DNA of 64,000 nucleotides from Chloroflexota bacterium (GTDB lineage Bacteria; Chloroflexota; Anaerolineae; JACRMK01): NCBI GenBank assembly GCA_016235055.1, contig JACRMK010000009.1, positions 24,435 to 88,434 of the forward strand, read 5' to 3'. Shown piece by piece: positions 60,291 to 64,000 of this stretch (position 1 is its first letter; each line of letters starts with the position of its first letter). The notes under the pieces were generated by a model. It saw only the letters and a program-made list of their open reading frames with translations, ran no database searches and was not told where the DNA came from. The position numbers and the translations under genes were made by a program.

Positions 60291-60388
60291 GGATCAAGCT
60301 CCTGCGAGGAAGTTCGCTGTCGCGATTGCGCTCGTCGGGGGCATTATATCGCAGTTGGGCGGGCACTTCAACACGACCTAGCGCAATC

Positions 60389-60680
60389 CAGCAATTCGCA
60401 TTTTGAAGTCTGGCCACCAGGTTGCCCCCCTCATCCCCTGGCCCCTGCTCCCCCGCGCGCGGGGGAGCAGGGGAAAAGTGAATGGGGAGGTGCGCGGCGG
60501 CTGCGCCGCCGCGCACCTCCCCGTAGAATCTCTCCCCCTCCCAACTTCGTTGGGAGGGGGCCGGGGGGAGGGAAGCACTCATTATTCGTCGAATTGGCTT
60601 GCGTGATAAGCACCTGAACTCCAGCGCATGACAAGCCGACATTGGAACGTACCCGGCCAAAGCCAAATTGAGAATTGCTG
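60389..60680. mobile_element. MITE-like element, copy 3 (292 bp)
   Basis: TIRs CAGCAATTCGCATTTTGA (60389-60406) / CCAAATTGAGAATTGCTG (60663-60680). Flanking 9-mers AGCGCAATC (60380-60388) and GGCGCAATC (60681-60689) match 8/9. The right ~120 nt differ from copy 1 at 2 positions by eye. A 14-nt insertion in the third hairpin. Confidence 0.8.
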
Positions 60681-60859
60681 GGCGCAATCTATCGGCTGCG
60701 GCAGACTCGCGTCGTCGGCGGGACCGCATCGCTGATGGCAGATTACGATTGTCCCGACTTGAGCGTGGCATCTGCCACTATCCGCCGGGTGGGTCGGCGT
60801 CTAGAATGATATTGGGGGAGGTCTGGCGCAGTCGTTTTCGGCAGGCTAAGGAGGCGGCA

Positions 60860-61411
60860 ATGAAACGCAAGTTATTGATTCCGCTGGACGGTTCGACGTT
60901 CAGCGTGCAGATCGTCGACTCGGTGATTGAATTCCTGTCGCCCGACACGCATGAACTGATCTTGCTGCGGGTGGTACACCGGCCGCGCGGGCTGACGGCC
61001 CGTCCACCGCACCCGTCATCGGCCGACACGCGCGTGCTCGAATACGATTCCGAGCGCGAGATCACTCGCCTGCTGCACCCAATCTTCGATAGCCAGGCGA
61101 TCGATTCGGTGATTGGCACGGCCACGGACATGATGGGCCCTGTCCGGCGGCGACTGGAGGCAAACGGATTCACGGTGCGCACGGCGGTGCTTACCGGTGA
61201 ACCGCGCCATGAGATTGAGGAGTATGTCGAGACCGAAGGCATCGACATGGTCGCCATAACAACGCACGGCCGCACCGGATTGAACGACTTGGTAATGGGC
61301 AGCGTCGCCGAGCACATTCTGCGCACCAGCCACGTTCCCGTGTTGATGCTGCGCCCATCAGCAGCGCTCCAGGAGTTGCTGCGCGAGGACGAGCGGCTGG
61401 CGCACGCATAA
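60860..61411 (+). CDS. Universal stress protein (UspA family), copy 1
   Basis: AAGGAGG RBS with ATG 60860 (MKRKLLIPLDGSTFS...). C-terminal DMVAITTHGRTGLNDLVMGSVAEHILRTSHVPVLMLRP. Confidence 0.85.
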   Translation: MKRKLLIPLDGSTFSVQIVDSVIEFLSPDTHELILLRVVHRPRGLTARPPHPSSADTRVLEYDSEREITRLLHPIFDSQAIDSVIGTATDMMGPVRRRLEANGFTVRTAVLTGEPRHEIEEYVETEGIDMVAITTHGRTGLNDLVMGSVAEHILRTSHVPVLMLRPSAALQELLREDERLAHA

Positions 61412-61423
61412 ACGGAGGTTGCG

Positions 61424-61978
61424 ATGAGCAAGCAAACGGTACTCGTGCCGCTTGACGGATCGGACTTTGGGGCGCAGATCATCGCGCCGGCGTTGAGTCT
61501 GTTGAGCCCGGGCCATCACCGCATCGTACTGCTCCATGTGTGCGCGCCGCCGCGGCCGCATCCGGTGCATGACGCGTTCGAATCCGCCGACCCGCATGAC
61601 GCCCCTGGCAGCGTGACGGTGCCGGAGCGCATCCGCATGCCGTACGAAGTGGTCACGGACAGCGATGTAGATGCCGCGGCCGCCGAGGCCGTGCAGGGCA
61701 TGGCGCCGGCGCGCGCAACCTTCGAGGCGGCCGGATTCGAGGTGCGCACGGAGGTCGCATTCGGCGCCCCGGCGGAAGCGATCGAGCGGATCGTAGCGTC
61801 GGACGCGATTGACCTGATTGCTATGACAACCCACGGGCGCAGCGGCCTCACGCGGATGATCGCCGGCAGTGTCGCGGGGCACGTGCTGCGGCATGTGCGT
61901 GTGCCCGTGCTGATGTTGCGGCCTGAGTCACCGCAGCGCGATCTGTACACAACCGACGAGATGCTCAAGTTCACGTGA
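61424..61978 (+). CDS. Universal stress protein (UspA family), copy 2
   Basis: MSKQTVLVPLDGSDFG... DLIAMTTHGRSGLTRMIAGSVAGHVLRHVRVPVLMLRP. Confidence 0.85.
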   Translation: MSKQTVLVPLDGSDFGAQIIAPALSLLSPGHHRIVLLHVCAPPRPHPVHDAFESADPHDAPGSVTVPERIRMPYEVVTDSDVDAAAAEAVQGMAPARATFEAAGFEVRTEVAFGAPAEAIERIVASDAIDLIAMTTHGRSGLTRMIAGSVAGHVLRHVRVPVLMLRPESPQRDLYTTDEMLKFT

Positions 61979-62140
61979 AACAGTGGTTCACGCAACTGTG
62001 AAGGCAGGCTGGCGAGCACATGGAGGCAAACGACGGCCACGGAGCGGGACATTTGCCACTACCACTCCGGCAGCCGATGCCGTACAATGGCAAGCGTCGC
62101 ATGGTCTGTGCTTAACGTCAACCCGGCGTCGGAGGTCTCT

Positions 62141-62680
62141 ATGACCAAACTGAAAGTGCTGATCCCGCTGGATGGATCCGAGTACAGCGAGCACGTCATC
62201 CCGCCCCTTCTGAACCTCGTCAAACCCGAGACCCATGCGATCGTGCTGGTGCGTGTCGTGCCGCACGCGCACGGCATGACCGGCGGCGGGACGAAACCGG
62301 CCAGCATCGAAATGCTAATCCCAGAGTACGAGTCCGAGCGCGCAGCCGTTCAGGCGGAGCATCCGATCTTCGCGAGCCAGGCGGCCGAGACCGCCATCGG
62401 TGAAGCCAACGACGAACTCGCGCCCATTCGCCGCCGGCTCGAGGAGCGCGGCTTCACCGTCGAAAGCACGGTTCTGATGGGCAACCCGGCGCACGAGATC
62501 GAGCGCTTTGCGGCGGATGCGCAGATCGACATGATCGCCATGACGACCCACGGGCGCACTGGATTGACGAAACTGCTGATGGGCAGCGTGGCGGAGCACG
62601 TGATCCGGCACGTGCGGGTGCCGGTCTACTTGCAGCGGCCGGGGGCTGGCACCTTGGCGGAAGCCCACAGCGGCCACTGA
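62141..62680 (+). CDS. Universal stress protein (UspA family), copy 3
   Basis: GGAGG RBS with ATG 62141 (MTKLKVLIPLDGSEYS...). DMIAMTTHGRTGLTKLLMGSVAEHVIRHVRVPVYLQRP. Confidence 0.85.
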   Translation: MTKLKVLIPLDGSEYSEHVIPPLLNLVKPETHAIVLVRVVPHAHGMTGGGTKPASIEMLIPEYESERAAVQAEHPIFASQAAETAIGEANDELAPIRRRLEERGFTVESTVLMGNPAHEIERFAADAQIDMIAMTTHGRTGLTKLLMGSVAEHVIRHVRVPVYLQRPGAGTLAEAHSGH

Positions 62681-62717
62681 GTGCCCGTCACATGCTCATC
62701 GCAAGCGAGGAGCAGGC

Positions 62718-63791
62718 ATGCGAGATTACCAGATTGCTCTGATTCCCGGCGACGGCATTGGCGAAGAGGTCGCACCCGAGGGCGCGCGCGTCCTCGATGC
62801 CGCCGCCGAGTTGACGGGCGATTTCAAGCTGCACTACGAGCAGTTCCCCTGGGGCTGCAACTACTACCTCAAGCACGGCCGCATGATGGCCGCCGATGGA
62901 CTCGACATCCTCAAGCCGTTTGACGCGATCTACTTCGGCGCCGTCGGCTTCCCGACCGTGCCCGACCACATCTCCCTGCGCGGACTGCGGCTGCCGATCT
63001 GCCAGGGCTTCGAGCAGTATGTGTGCTACCGGCCGAGTGTGCTGCTGCCGGGCATCGCGGGGCCGTTGTCCGGCCGCCAACCCGGCGACATCGACTTCGT
63101 CGTCGTGCGCGAGAACACCGAGGGCGAATACGCGGGCGCCGGCGGCCGCGCGCATCGCGGACTGCCGGAAGAAGTCGCCGTGGAGACCAGTGTCTTCACG
63201 CGCCTCGGCGTCGAGCGTGTCATTCGCTACGCGTTCCAACTGGCCCGCTCGCGGCCGCGCAAGCGTCTGGTCAGCGCCACCAAATCGAATGCCCAGCAGC
63301 ACAGCATGACATTCTGGGACGAGATTTGCACGGAAGTCGCCGCCGAATTCCCCGACGTCGCGGTCGAGCGCGTGCTGATCGACGCGCTGTCGGCGCGCTT
63401 CGTGCTGCACCCGGACTCGCTGGACGTCGTGGTCGCCTCAAACCTGTTCGGCGACATCCTGACCGATCTCGGCGCCGCGATCTGCGGCAGCATGGGGCTG
63501 GCGCCGAGCGGCAACATCAATCCGGAGAAGACCTACCCGTCCATGTTCGAGCCGGTACACGGCTCGGCCCCGGATATCGTCGGCAAAGGCATCGCCAACC
63601 CGATCGCGATGATCTGGTGCGGCGCGATGATGCTCGACCATCTGGGCGAGCATGACACCGCCGCCCGGATCGAGCGTGCAATCAAAGCCGTGACGGCCGA
63701 GCGCCGGGTACTGACGCCCGATCTGGGCGGGCGCGCGCGCACGCGCGATGTGACCGACGCCATCATCGACATGCTGCGCGCGGGCGCATGA
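62718..63791 (+). CDS. Isocitrate/isopropylmalate dehydrogenase family enzyme, most like tartrate dehydrogenase/decarboxylase (D-malate dehydrogenase)
   Basis: MRDYQIALIPGDGIGEEV.. ..VVVRENTEGEYAG.. ..SNLFGDILTDLGAAICGSMGLAPSGNINPE. The length and N-terminus fit the tartrate dehydrogenase subgroup. Substrate is not determinable here. Confidence 0.75.
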   Translation: MRDYQIALIPGDGIGEEVAPEGARVLDAAAELTGDFKLHYEQFPWGCNYYLKHGRMMAADGLDILKPFDAIYFGAVGFPTVPDHISLRGLRLPICQGFEQYVCYRPSVLLPGIAGPLSGRQPGDIDFVVVRENTEGEYAGAGGRAHRGLPEEVAVETSVFTRLGVERVIRYAFQLARSRPRKRLVSATKSNAQQHSMTFWDEICTEVAAEFPDVAVERVLIDALSARFVLHPDSLDVVVASNLFGDILTDLGAAICGSMGLAPSGNINPEKTYPSMFEPVHGSAPDIVGKGIANPIAMIWCGAMMLDHLGEHDTAARIERAIKAVTAERRVLTPDLGGRARTRDVTDAIIDMLRAGA

Positions 63792-63908
63792 CGCCCGACG
63801 CCTGTTGACCAGTCACGCGTCGATTTCCGACATCGCACGCTACGTCACACATGATCTGGCTGCATCGATCATGCAAGCAGGCAACCGTTCTCGCACCAAG
63901 AGCCGAAC

Positions 63909-64000
63909 ATGACCTATACGATCCTCGCGCGGTCGCCGGACGGCCGGCAGACCGGCATCGGCATCGCGACCGTCTCGTTTGGCGTCGGCGGCGCGTGCCC
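63909..64000 (+). CDS. DUF1028 (Ntn-hydrolase-like) family protein, 3'-truncated by window edge
   Basis: MTYTILARSPDGRQTGIGIATVSFGVGGAC matches the characteristic DUF1028 N-terminus (MTFSIVARD...G.GVAV.S). Only 30 codons are visible. Confidence 0.5.
   Translation, partial: MTYTILARSPDGRQTGIGIATVSFGVGGAC

Noticed and set aside
60802-60807. TAGAAT hexamer upstream of the first USP gene, identical to the -10 proposed for hsp20, considered as a shared stress promoter.
   Set aside because: No acceptable -35 lies at 16-19 nt, and a single hexamer match is not evidence. It is left unannotated.

Overview
High-GC bacterial chromosomal window. The protein style (Pro/Thr linkers, lipoprotein solute-binding proteins) hints at Chloroflexota or a similar lineage, but taxonomy cannot be verified here.

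nt 1-26.9 kb is one tightly packed plus-strand operon of about 24 genes for a phage-tail-like contractile injection system (CIS/eCIS). In order it encodes:
- an AAA+ ATPase (5' end cut by the window edge) and a Cys-cluster protein;
- an effector-like module: an OmpA-like/zincin fusion, a small coupled ORF and a DUF4157 protein;
- a DUF4255 cap, the sheath and the tube;
- a tail-assembly-chaperone pair with an apparent programmed -1 frameshift (slippery heptamer plus stem-loop);
- a second tube paralog and a long DUF4157 protein in the tape-measure position;
- a LysM protein, a VgrG-like spike, and gp25, gpJ and gpI homologs.

No capsid, terminase, integrase, tail-fibre or PAAR gene was recognised. 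Where fibres normally sit, the operon ends with five single-pass membrane proteins. Three are signal-peptide-less, tail-anchored arrays of Ig-like domains. Two are tandem paralogs with a TM helix, a Pro/Thr linker and a YVTN beta-propeller. I flag this module as the best candidate for an undescribed system, a trans-membrane anchor or receptor module for a cytoplasmic CIS.

nt 26.9-64 kb is mostly housekeeping:
- yceD-rpmF, fabD-fabG, Asp23-nusB, a TatA-like/TatC fusion, acyl-CoA dehydrogenase, two cupredoxin-type proteins and AMMECR1;
- two paralogous peptide-type ABC importer loci without ATPase genes;
- Hsp20, Lon, a LysM-C39-like protein, MogA/MoaB, YhbY and an MsbA-like exporter;
- a PatB/MalY-type lyase, a TPP enzyme, M32 and M28 peptidases, three tandem USP genes, a tartrate/isopropylmalate-type dehydrogenase and a DUF1028 fragment.

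Also present are three same-orientation copies of a MITE-like element with 9-bp target-site duplications, and an orphan Flp-pilin gene too short for the ORF track. No rRNA, tRNA or CRISPR array was recognised.

All domain calls are by-eye motif recognition and need HMM or BLAST confirmation.
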